Below are positions 18,778-29,501 of a DNA stretch of 64,000 nt, piece after piece; within the stretch, counting starts at the first letter, position 1; each line of letters starts with the position of its first letter. The DNA comes from an uncultured delta proteobacterium (GTDB taxonomy: Bacteria > Myxococcota_A > Polyangia > Palsa-1104). Under the pieces are notes generated by a model. That model did not search any database, was not told where the DNA came from, and was given only the letters and a program-made list of their open reading frames with translations. The translations under genes and the position numbers were made by a program. The stretch spans positions 128,001 through 192,000 of the forward strand of contig CAWAWS010000005.1 in assembly GCA_963785725.1 (NCBI GenBank). Direction: 5' to 3'.

Positions 18778-20929
18778 TCACCAATCCTTGTGGTTGACGT
18801 CAGCGGTCGCGGCGCGCTCCCGTCCGGCCGTGGCCATCGGCAGCACGCGCTCGTCGCCGCGCAGCGAGTCGAGCAGCTGGCGCGCATCCCCGCGCGACAG
18901 CCGGCCCGGCGCCGCGGGCTCAGCCGCTTCGCCGTCCGCGTCGGCTCGCTCGCCGTTGGGTCCGCGTGCCGCCGGCTGTCGCGGCTGGCCGAGCGCCGTC
19001 GCGCCCGACGGCGCCTGCCCCATCGGCGGCGAGCTCCCCGCGTTCTCTTGCTGCGCCTGCGCACGCTGCTGCCCGTTCTGTGACTGCCCGCTTTGCGCTT
19101 GCTGCCCGCTCTGCCGATTCCGGGCCTGCTGGTCGTGCCCGGCGGCGTTCGCGCTCGATTGCTCGTGACCGCCTTGCTTCTGCGCCTGCTCTGCGCCTTT
19201 ACCTTGTCCCTGTTGACCTGGCTGCTGCTGCCCGCCCTGGCGCTGCGCCTCTTGCGGCTGCGCCCCGCCCTGCCCGCTCTGATTTTGCGGACCCTTTTGA
19301 TTCTGCGCGCCCTCGGATTGCGCACCCGATTGGCCCTTTTGGCCCTTCCCGCTCTTTTGCGACTTCTTGTCATCATTGCGCGCCTGCTGCTGCTGCTGCT
19401 GCTGCCGCTCGAGCGCCGCCAGCTGACGCTTGACGAGATCGCGATTGAAGACGGCATCGGCATCTTTGCCGTCGAGCGCGATCGCCGACTCGTACGCGCC
19501 GATCGCCCGCTTCCACTGCTCGCGCGTCTGCTCGGGCTTCAGCTGCGCGCTCTTTTGACCGTCGCGATAGAGCGCGTTGCCGAGGTCGTAGTAGGCCTCT
19601 TGCTGCAGCTCCGGCCGATCGGAGTGCAGCGCCCGCTCGAACGCCGTCTGCGCCGCGCCGAAGTCGCCCGCTTTGTACGCCGCGGCGCCGCTGTTGTACT
19701 GCAGCTGCGCGTCGCTCGGTCGCTTGGCGATCGCCCGGTCGTACTCCTTGGCGGCCTCGCGGTAATGCCCGGTGTGATAGGCGCGCTCGGCGTCGGCGGG
19801 CGACGCCTGCGCCAGCCGCGCGCCGCCGACGCAGAGGCCGACCGCCAAGACCGTCGCCCCGCGGCGCGCCAAGCCGGCGAACGCCCGTCCGTGCGGCGGC
19901 GGCTCGGCGGCCCGACGGCTGCCGCGCCGGCGCTCGCGAATCAGCGGCTCGAGCCCCAGACACAACACGGCCAACCCGAGCGGCCACTGGATACTGCTCG
20001 AGCGGCACGCGGCGCATCCGCGATGCCAGCGCCGCTTGCGGCAGACGCGCCAGCACGTCCGCATACAGCGCGTCGAGCCCGCGACCGTCGGCGCCGAGCC
20101 GGCGATAGTCGCCGCCGCTGACGCGCGCCATCGTCTGCAGCGTCCGCTCGTCGAGCCGCGAGCGCACGAACGCGCCCGCCGGATCGCGCACGAAGCGGCC
20201 GTCGCGACCGTCGCCGACGGGGATGAGCTCGCCCGTGGCCGTTCCCACGCCGACGGTATAGATGCGCACGCCGGCGGCGGCCGCCTGCTTCGCGGCGTCG
20301 ACGGCGTGCGCCTCCAGATCTTCCCCGTCGGTCAGAAACACCAGGATCTTCTGATTGGCGGGCTCGTTCTTCAGGGCCGCGCGCGCGACGTCGATGGCGC
20401 GGCCGACATCGGTCCCGCCGCGCGCGATGAGCGACGTATCGACCGCGTCGAGCGTCTGCGCGAACATGTCGCGGTCGAGCGTCAGCGGACACTGCAAGAA
20501 CGCGTCGCCGGCGAAGGCGACGAGCCCGACGCGGTTGCCCTCGAACTTGCCGACCAGATCGGCGACCGCCAGCTTGGCGCGCGTCAGCCGATCGGGCTTG
20601 AGGTCGGGCGCGCGCATGCTCTTCGACGTGTCGATGGCGAACAAGAGGTCGATGCCGCGTCGCTGCGTCTCCTCCCAGCGATAGCCGCGCTGTGGCCGCG
20701 CCAGCGCCACGCAGGCGGCGAGCAGCCCCAGCATCAAGAGCGCGCGCTTGGCCAGCCGCCGCGGCCGCGACAGCGACGACAGCGCGCCGGCGCGACGGGC
20801 GCCGAACGAGGCCAGGGCGCGCCGTCGCTGGCGGTCGGCGCGCAGGCCGAGCACGAGCAGCAGCGCCGCCGCCAAGAGCCCCACCAACAGCCACAGCGGC
20901 CGCGCGAACGTGAGCGAATGGAAGGTCAT
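18778..20929 (-). CDS. batB: BatB-BatC fusion: vWA + TPR + Gln/Gly-rich linker (+1 frameshift near 19992)
   Basis: DTSKSMRA MIDAS, RVGLVAFAG, TDGED; after the shift QWPL, TPRs (YNSGAAAYKAG, YYDLGNALYR), poly-Q linker and terminal KDW. Confidence 0.85.
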
Positions 20930-21925
20930 GGGATCCTCTTGAAGCGAGTGAGGCCGAGCGCCATTTCGCCGGCCAACAGCAACAGCGCCGGATAGAGCAG
21001 CCAGGCGAAGCGCTCTTCGTGATGCTCGTACTTCTTGAGCTTGCGCGTGGTCTTCTCGAGCTTGTCGATGGCGCCGTAGATGCGTTCGAGCGAGTCGGCG
21101 TCGGTCGCGCGGTAGAAGGCCGCGCCGGTGGTGGCGGCGATCTTCTGCAGCGTGGCTTCGTCGACGTCGACCTTGGTCATCACCATGCGCGTACGGCCGC
21201 GCTCGTCGGTGATCGGCATCGGCGCCTCGCCTTTGCCGCCGACGCCGATGGTGTAGACCTTGACGCCGAGCGCCCGCGCCGCTTCGGCCGCCAGCTGCGG
21301 CTGCACCTGTCCGGCGTTGTTCTGCCCGTCGGTGAGCAAGACGACCAGCTGCGACTTCGACGGCTGACCGCGCAGCCGATTGACGCTCGCCGCCAGCGCC
21401 GAGCCGATGGCGGTGCCGTCTTGAATCATCCCCGGCTGCAGCCGCTGCAGGTTCTGCAAGAGCCAGTCGTGATCGAGCGTCAGCGGGCTCACCAGATAGG
21501 GCTCGCCGGCGAAGGCCACCAGCGCGATGCGATCGTTGGGCCGGCTGCGAATGAACTTCGCCACCACCGATTTGACGACGTCGAGCCGGCTGCGCGCCTG
21601 GTCGCCTTCGGCCAGGTCGAGCGCCTGCATCGAGCCCGAGACGTCGACCGCGAGCACGAGGTCGACGCCGCTCGCCTCCACCTCCGTCGCCGCGTGGCCG
21701 AGCTGCGGCCGCGCCAAGGCGACGATGAGGAGCGCCACGCCGAGCCAGCGCGCGAGGTGCAGCACGCGGCCCCAGCGACTGCGCGTCGCGCGCGCGACGG
21801 CTCGGGCCGGCTCGATGCTGGAGTAGACGACGGCCGGCTGCGCACCGGTGCGACCGAGCCACCAGCCAAAGCGGCGGCAAGAGCGCCAAGAGCCACAGCA
21901 GCTGCGGATTGTGCAGCGTGATCAT
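20926..21925 (-). CDS. batA: BatA vWA-domain protein (+1 frameshift near 21860)
   Basis: N-terminal PQLLWLLALLP, ALARPQ, DVSGSM MIDAS, PLTLD, GTAIG, LLTDGQNNAG. Confidence 0.88.
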
Positions 21926-22554
21926 GACGACGCCCTCCTTGATGACGCGCCGCCGCCGTCGGCGGGCTGCGCGGTGGTCAGGACGAACTGCCGCGCCAGC
22001 GCGCTGAGCGCGTGCATGCCGCCGAGCGGCAGCTCGAGTCGCGCGAACTTCGCCAGGTCGCAGGCCGAGAGGAGCTGCGCCAGCGGCCGGCGATGCTCAC
22101 CGAGCGGCGAGCCCGACTGCGCGACGAGCTGCTGCAGGAACTCGTCGGTGGTCGCGTGCGTCGCCAAGAGGCCGAAGCGCGCCTCGATGTAGTCGCGCAC
22201 GGCATCGGACGCCGCCGCCGCGTAGGCCGCGGCGTCGCCGGCTTCGGCCAGCTGCTCGGCTTCGGCCAGCCGCGCCAGCGCGCGCTCGTCGGCGGTCGGC
22301 GGCCGCGCTCGCCGTCGCCGCGCGATCGCGGCGAGCGTGAGCCCGACGGCCGCGCAGGCGACGACGGCGCCGCCGAGCGCGACCCAGCGCCACGGATTGG
22401 CGATGGCGATCGGGCCGCGAATGTCGCGAATGTCCTCGGCCGGCGCCGCGTGCGCAGCGGCCGGCGGCACCGCCGGCGCCGCCAGCAACGCCGCCGAAGA
22501 GAGCGAGAGCGCCGCCGCCAACAGCGCCGTACACAACAGCCGTGACCGACTCAT
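21922..22554 (-). CDS. DUF4381-like bat-operon membrane protein
   Basis: Signal peptide, EDIRDIRGPI, TM, VRDYIEARFG..TTDEF, CDLAKFA. Confidence 0.75.
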   Translation of the reverse strand: MSRSRLLCTALLAAALSLSSAALLAAPAVPPAAAHAAPAEDIRDIRGPIAIANPWRWVALGGAVVACAAVGLTLAAIARRRRARPPTADERALARLAEAEQLAEAGDAAAYAAAASDAVRDYIEARFGLLATHATTDEFLQQLVAQSGSPLGEHRRPLAQLLSACDLAKFARLELPLGGMHALSALARQFVLTTAQPADGGGASSRRASS

Positions 22555-23472
22555 CGCCGCCTCCTGCCGCGGGCGCGAAAGAGCTGGACCAGCGCCGGCA
22601 AATAGGGGACCGACGTGTCGATGGGGACGCTGTCGATCGACTCTTGCCGCAGCGTGTGCTCGAGCTCGGCTTCGCGCGCGGCCGTTCGCGCGGCGAACTC
22701 GGCGAGCACGCGCGGCGAGCCGGTGTCGATCTCGATCAGCTCGCCGGTCTCGGCGTCCTCGACGGTCAAGAGCCCGACGTCGGGCAGCTCGCGCTCGCGC
22801 GGATCGGTCACGCGCAGCGCCACGACGTCGTGGCGGCGGCGCGCCATGCGCAAAGCCCGCCGCAGCTTCGCCGTCGCCGCCGCCGGATCGCCCGCGCTCT
22901 GGAAGTCGGAGAGGACGAAGACCATGGCCCGCCGCCGCGTCACGGCGTCGATGAGCGCGAGCGCGCGGGCGACGTCGGTGCCGCGCTGTTCCGGCCGGCA
23001 GCTCAGGACCTCGCGCACCAGCCGGAGCACGTGCTGACGCCCTTTGCGCGGCGGCACGAACGTCTCGACCTGATCCGAGAACAAGCACGCAGCCCGACGC
23101 GATCGCTGTTGCGCACCGCCGACAGCGCCAGCACGCAGGCGATCTCGGCCTCGATCTCGCGCTTGGTGCGTCCGGCCGAGCCGAAGTCGCCCGAGGCGCT
23201 GACGTCGACCGCGAGCAGGATCGTGAGCTCGCGCTCTTCGCGGTACTTCTTGACGAAGGGATGGCCGGCGCGCGCGGTGACGTTCCAGTCGATGGTGCGC
23301 ACCTCGTCGCCGGGCACGTATTCGCGCACCTCGTCGAAGTCCATGCCGCGACCGCGAAACACCGAGTGGAAGCGGCCGGCGAAGGCGTCGTTGGCGAGCC
23401 GGCGCGTGCGAATGTCGATGCGCCGCACCTGTTTCAGGATCTCTTTGAGGTCGGTTTCCATGGGCCGCTCCA

Positions 23473-23473
<1 letters not shown>
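22551..23473 (-). CDS. DUF58 family protein (frameshift near 23088)
   Basis: HSVFRGRGMDFDEVREYVPGDEVRTIDWNVTAR, EERE, DVSASG; continues FSDQVE..SDF..HDVV in another frame. Start 23473 or 23461. Confidence 0.88.
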
Positions 23474-24550
<1,077 letters not shown>

Positions 24551-25011
24551 GGCTTCTCTCTCCTGTAGTGGCTGGGTCATGGAGGAGAAGATGGCGGACC
24601 GACCCATGCGGCCGCCTGTCCGGAACATTACAGGCGTGAAAGGTCGGACGAAGGCGGCGTTTCAGCCGCGCGGCGCCCGCACGTCGTGATCGACGCCCAA
24701 GAACGGCGCCGGCCGCGTTGTGGCCGACCGAAACGGCGCCATCCAGTGCGCGTTGAAGTAGCCCTTGGGCTCGACGCCGTAGCTCTTCATGAATGCGTGA
24801 AAGACCGATGCTGCGGCTCGCCTTGGCGATGCTGACGATTCGAGCCGGAACTGCGGCGGTGTTCGAAAGATTCCTGAGGTCGCGCCGAAAGTCGACGCGC
24901 GCGGCCTCGGATTGCGCGAGGTCACATGATCGATCGGCGTGACGTTGAGCGCGAACGAACCGCGAAGGGCGTGGCGCTTAGCGAAGCAAGTCGAACGCGA
25001 CGCTCAGGAGA

Positions 25012-26490
25012 CTACGGTCCCGGATAGGGCCACGCCGTGCCGTAGAGCTGCTTGTAATTGGCGAGCGCGTCTTTGACGTACGACAGGCCGGCACCGCTCA
25101 AGGTGCACGACTTGGTCGCATCTCCCGTCAGCCAGAAGGCGAGCGAGAGATACCATTGCTGGTAGACCGAGCAGCCCGTGGCGCCGGCGTTCGCGTCGAG
25201 GAAGTTATATTTCCACGTGTAGCTGATGTAGAGGTAGATCTGATACGCGGGGTTGAAGACGGACGTCGCGTAGAGTGGGCTCGTGGTGTCCTGCCACGCG
25301 TTGATATAGCCCTTGACCTGCTTGCCCTCGAGATCGGTCACGCCGTTCGAGGTCGCGCTCTCGCAGTAAAAGCGGTTCACGCCCGCGGCGAATGGGATGT
25401 TGTCGACCGTGGTCGTGCCCGTGCAAGTGACGCCGGGCGGCAGGGTCGGCGTCAAGAACGTGCCCTCGCACGCCGGCGTCGACTGGAAGAGGCCATAGCT
25501 GTGCGAGTAGTCGACGGTGCCGGTGATCGGATCCTTCGCCGACGAGCCGCACGGCCCCGGCGGATCGTCGCCCGAGGAGGCGCCGGCGCTGATCGCCCAA
25601 GGTCCGCAGTTCTGGCCGCCGCACGGACCGTCGTCGGTGGAGATCGAAGGCGTGATGCCGCTCTCGTTCACGGCCTGCGCCTTGAGCAGCTGCGCCATCC
25701 AGGTCTCGGTCAGGCCCGCCTGCTGGCACGCGGCGAGGATGCAGCCGTCGTACAGATCGAGGTCTTTGTTTCCGGTCGCGATCGGATCGTTGGCGGGCGG
25801 CGCGCAGTTGGCCACGCAGCCGGCGTCCTTGCTGCAATTGCCGAACAGGCCGCCCGACGAGGTGCCGCCACCGGCGCTGCCGCCGCCGCCCGCGGTGCCG
25901 CCGCCACCGGCCGTGCCGCCGCCGCCGGCGGTGCCGCCACCGCCGGCGCTCCCGCCGCCACCGAGCGCACCCGCGCTCAGCTGCCACTGCTGCGCGTTCG
26001 TGCCGTTGCACGTGTAGAGCTGCACAGCGGCGCCGCTGGCGTTGCTGGCCGAAGCCACGTCGAGACACTTGTTGCTGCTCGGATTGCGCAGCTGCCAATA
26101 GCCGGCCGTCTCGTCCTCGGCCACCCACGTCTGCGCGGCGCTGCTGCTGCAGGTGTACGTCTCGATCTTGCTGCCGTTGGCCGTGCCGACGGCATCGACG
26201 CACTTGCCGCTGTGCGAGTTGACGATGTGCACGCCGCCCGCGATCGGCTCGAGCAGGAACGACTGCGCGCCCAAGCCGTTGCACGTCGCCTGCTGGATCT
26301 TGGTGCCGTCGGCGGTGCCGGCGTTGACGGCGTCGAGGCACTTGCCGCTGCCCTGCCGCACGATGGGACCGCCGCTGGTCACGGCGTCGGGCGGGCCGCT
26401 GCCTTCGGCATCGACGGAGCCGCCGCTGCAGCCGGCGATCGCCAGCGCGGCGGTGAAAAACAATGTAGCAGAGCTGAGCTTCTGGACCAT
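25012..26490 (-). CDS. Lipoprotein: ricin-B beta-trefoil lectin + Gly linker + lysozyme/SLT-like domain
   Basis: RBS GGAG, LAIAGC lipobox, SGKCLD..CNG..AQxF/W ricin repeats, (GGGGTA)n linker, AQAVNESG..SYGLFQ..FNPAYQI. Confidence 0.8.
   Translation of the reverse strand: MVQKLSSATLFFTAALAIAGCSGGSVDAEGSGPPDAVTSGGPIVRQGSGKCLDAVNAGTADGTKIQQATCNGLGAQSFLLEPIAGGVHIVNSHSGKCVDAVGTANGSKIETYTCSSSAAQTWVAEDETAGYWQLRNPSSNKCLDVASASNASGAAVQLYTCNGTNAQQWQLSAGALGGGGSAGGGGTAGGGGTAGGGGTAGGGGSAGGGTSSGGLFGNCSKDAGCVANCAPPANDPIATGNKDLDLYDGCILAACQQAGLTETWMAQLLKAQAVNESGITPSISTDDGPCGGQNCGPWAISAGASSGDDPPGPCGSSAKDPITGTVDYSHSYGLFQSTPACEGTFLTPTLPPGVTCTGTTTVDNIPFAAGVNRFYCESATSNGVTDLEGKQVKGYINAWQDTTSPLYATSVFNPAYQIYLYISYTWKYNFLDANAGATGCSVYQQWYLSLAFWLTGDATKSCTLSGAGLSYVKDALANYKQLYGTAWPYPGP
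25862..25963 (-). repeat. 18-bp coding tandem repeat (GGGGT/SA linker, about 5 copies)
   Basis: ccggcggtgccgccgcca-like units encoding GGGGSAGGGGTAGGGGTAGGGGTAGGGGSA. Confidence 0.8.
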
Positions 26491-26785
26491 GTCCTGCTCC
26501 TTTCCCAGAGCACGACCGGCAACACCCCGCCGCCCGCGCATGCTTGCAACCGTGCGCTGGCCCTGCGAAAATGGGTCCAACTTCACGAGCGACGCAAACC
26601 ACCGCGGTTCCGTCTCCTATTGGAGTCACACCGTCTCCGCTAGTTGGAATGGGTGATGGAGCGAACCCCCAACTGTCCACTCCGGCTTTCCGCTCCGCCG
26701 GCCGTCGTGCGATCGGCGTCACGCTCGGTTTTCCGCGAATGATCACGGCTGTGGGCAGCTCGTGACGGAAAAGTGCAGCGGCCCG

Positions 26786-26812
26786 TGTCGATCTCGGATG
26801 GGCCCGATCGTC
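26786..26812 (+). promoter_or_regulatory. ECF42-type promoter motif TGTCGA-N17-CGTC
   Basis: TGTCGA 26786-26791, 17-nt spacer, CGTC 26809-26812, upstream of a DGPF/YciI remnant. ECF42 sigma factors are known to drive DGPF genes. Confidence 0.55.
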
Positions 26813-26857
26813 GCGTCGTGGCAGCAGGGATTTTCCACCCGAGACAGGAGCATCGCG

Positions 26858-27157
26858 ATGCGACTCATGGTGATCGTCAAGGCCACCAAAGAGCTCGAGC
26901 CGGACGCGCCCGCCGATACCAAGATGCTGGCGGAGATGGGCCGTTAGTCGCTGGCGGAGTGCATCGAGTGGGTCAAGCGCGCGCCCAACCCCGATGCGAC
27001 AGGCGCCGACCACGAGCTCGAGATCCGCCAAGTGCACGAGCTCGACGACATCCCGCAGCTCCCGCTGCAAGCCGAACCATTCGTAGCGCGCGCGTCGAAT
27101 GGCCGCGTGCCGTCGCGTACGACGGCTCCGACCGTCGTTCCGCTGCTCGCAGGATGA
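26858..27157 (+). pseudogene. YciI/DGPF-family pseudogene with internal deletion and in-frame TAG
   Basis: RBS AGGAG; MRLMVIVKATKE..MLAEMGR*SLAECIEWVKRAPNP..ELEIRQV. The central DGPF segment is missing. Confidence 0.75.
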
Positions 27158-27367
27158 TACGACCGCCACATGGCAGCTCGGCGCGACTGATCGATCTCGC
27201 GAGCCTGCGACAAGTTGCTGCAGCTGGAATGCGACGGTCGTCGTCATCGACGGAGCCCTCGTAAAATGCGGCCGGTCGGACGACAGCGCAGGCGCTGCCG
27301 AGGTGTTGCACGGCCCATCTGCGCGTGTTAACCGTCTTGGCGGCTGGCGCTGTCGACCCATGTCCTC

Positions 27368-29422
27368 TTGCTCCACGGTGCTCCTCTGACCAAGAACGCT
27401 GCGGGTTCCACTGCGCTGACGTATCGTCCAGACGTCGACGGATTGCGCGCCGTCGCCGTCCTTGCCGTCATCCTCTTCCACGCCTTTCCCAGCCTCGCCC
27501 CGGGCGGATTCGTGGGCGTCGACATCTTCTTCGTCATCTCCGGCTTCCTCATCACCGGGATCCTGGCGGCGGAGATTCGGGCCGGACAGTTCCGCATCGC
27601 CACCTTCTATGCGCGACGCGTGCGCCGCATCTTCCCGGCGCTGATCGTCGTCCTCGCGTTCACCTTCGCCGTCGGCTGGCTGCTGCTGTTTCCCGAGGAG
27701 CTCAAGGCGCTCGGCCGCGATATCGCCGCCAGCGCCGGCTTCGTCGGCAATCTCTCGCTGTGGAGCGAGACCGGCTACTTCGACCGCGCGGCCGAGACCA
27801 AGCCGCTGCTTCACTTGTGGTCGCTCGGCGTCGAGGAGCAGTTCTACATCGTCTGGCCGTTGGTGCTGGCGCTGGTGTTGCGCAGCCACGCGCGGCTGCG
27901 CGTGGTGGCGGCGACGCTGCTCGTCGCCTCGTTCGTCGCCAACGTCGTGCTCATCGGGCCGCACCCGGCGGCCGCCTTCTTTTCGCCGTTCACGCGCTTC
28001 TGGCAGCTCATGGCGGGCGCGCTCTTGGCGCTGCGCGGGCCGGCGGCGACGGACGTCTCGCTGCGCGCGCGCCACGCCCTGTCGCTGGCCGGCACCGCGC
28101 TCTGCGTCGGCTCGATGCTGCTCTTGAGCGACCAGGTCCGCTATCCCGGCTGGTGGGCGCTGCCGCCGACGCTGGGCGCGTGTCTGCTGCTGGCGGCGGG
28201 GCCGAGCGGCATCGTCAATCGGACGGTGCTGTCGCATCCGGCCGCGGTGTGGCTCGGCAAGATCAGCTATCCGCTCTACCTGTGGCACTGGCCGCTGTTG
28301 ACGTTCGACCGCATCCTCGTCGGCAGCGCGCTCACCTTGACCGCGCGCGCGGCGCTCATGCTGCTGAGCGTGCTTCTGGCCTGGCTCACCTACGTCATCA
28401 TCGAGACGCCGGTGCGACATCGCGTCTGGCGGGCCACCAGCACGGCGCTGACGTGCGGCCTCCTCGTCGCGCTCGGCCTCGACGGCGCCGTCGTCTACGC
28501 GCTCGACCTCGAAGGCGTGGGCAAGCCGTACAGCGCCGAGGCCGACGCCAGCACGGCGGTGTTCGGCGCCGGCAAGGTCTTCACCAGCCAGCAATGCGGC
28601 CTGTCGGCGGCCGAGCGCGGGCTGGTCCTGTGCATCGCCGACACGCGCGAGCCGCCGGTCTTCGCCATGGTCGGCGACAGCAAGGCGGGCGCGCTCATCT
28701 GGGGCACCTACCGCGAATCGACGCCGGGGCGGCGCTGGGAGCTGCTCGAGCATGCGGCCTGCGCGCCGACGACCGGCACCGTGCGCGTGTCGAGCTATGC
28801 CGCCGACAATCCGCAGGACTGCACCGACGCCAATCGCCTGGCGCTGCGCACGGTCATCGCCGACCCGCACATCGCGCTGGTGGCGCTGGTCACCGCGCGC
28901 CGCATCCTCATCGGGCCCGACTACGCCAAGGAGGGCTCGCGCGTTCCCTACGCCGACGGCGCGCTCGACGGGCTCGACGGCACCGTCAGCCTGCTGACGC
29001 GCGCGGGGAAGAAGGTGGCGCTGGTGCTCGACAACCCGACGCTGCCGGATCCGTCGACGTGCCTGCAGCGCAACGTCACGCAGTACGGCGTCGTCCGCGC
29101 GCTGGCCGAGCTCAGCGGCAGCCGGCCGCGCTGCACCATCACGTACGCCGAGTACCTCGAGAGCGCCAAGGACTACCTGGCGCTCGTCGGCAAGCTCCGC
29201 GCGCGCCACCCCGAGCTCATCGTGTACGACCCGACCTCGTTCTTCTGCGACATCGACAAGGGCGTCTGTCCGATCAGCAAGGACGGCAGCTTCCTCTACA
29301 GCGTCACCGACCATATGTCGGACTTCGCCAACGGCGCCATCGCCAAGCAGCTCTTACCGATGCTCGACGCCGCCATCTCGGCGCACGCGGACGGGGTCGG
29401 GCAGCTGCCCGCCACACCGTAG
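27368..29422 (+). CDS. OafA/YrhL-type O-acyltransferase (AT3 + SGNH domain)
   Basis: YRPDVDGLRAVAV, GFVGVDIFFVISGFLI, FYARRVRRIFP, HLWSLGVEEQFY, ISYPLYLWHWP, GDS..DH. Start approximate. Confidence 0.92.
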   Translation: MLHGAPLTKNAAGSTALTYRPDVDGLRAVAVLAVILFHAFPSLAPGGFVGVDIFFVISGFLITGILAAEIRAGQFRIATFYARRVRRIFPALIVVLAFTFAVGWLLLFPEELKALGRDIAASAGFVGNLSLWSETGYFDRAAETKPLLHLWSLGVEEQFYIVWPLVLALVLRSHARLRVVAATLLVASFVANVVLIGPHPAAAFFSPFTRFWQLMAGALLALRGPAATDVSLRARHALSLAGTALCVGSMLLLSDQVRYPGWWALPPTLGACLLLAAGPSGIVNRTVLSHPAAVWLGKISYPLYLWHWPLLTFDRILVGSALTLTARAALMLLSVLLAWLTYVIIETPVRHRVWRATSTALTCGLLVALGLDGAVVYALDLEGVGKPYSAEADASTAVFGAGKVFTSQQCGLSAAERGLVLCIADTREPPVFAMVGDSKAGALIWGTYRESTPGRRWELLEHAACAPTTGTVRVSSYAADNPQDCTDANRLALRTVIADPHIALVALVTARRILIGPDYAKEGSRVPYADGALDGLDGTVSLLTRAGKKVALVLDNPTLPDPSTCLQRNVTQYGVVRALAELSGSRPRCTITYAEYLESAKDYLALVGKLRARHPELIVYDPTSFFCDIDKGVCPISKDGSFLYSVTDHMSDFANGAIAKQLLPMLDAAISAHADGVGQLPATP

Positions 29423-29501
29423 CAGCCGCTTCGTACGTCCAGCTCGTTCCGTCTACCAACGCATTCGTTCTCACCGTTCGCGCGATCGAGCCGGCGTGGT
29501 C

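Noticed and set aside
19383..19405. CAG trinucleotide run as a contingency locus
   Set aside because: In-frame poly-Gln within the BatC-type low-complexity linker, which is normal for this family.
24662..24925. 87-aa ORF upstream of moxR
   Set aside because: No RBS, motif or convincing codon bias; cannot be supported as a gene.
26945..26947. Pyrrolysine or readthrough at the in-frame TAG of the YciI remnant
   Set aside because: The TAG sits exactly at a deletion junction and no recoding machinery is in the window.
25205..29314. 1369-aa minus-strand ORF
   Set aside because: Arg/Ala-rich shadow: antisense to the acyltransferase and out of frame with the ricin gene; no motifs.
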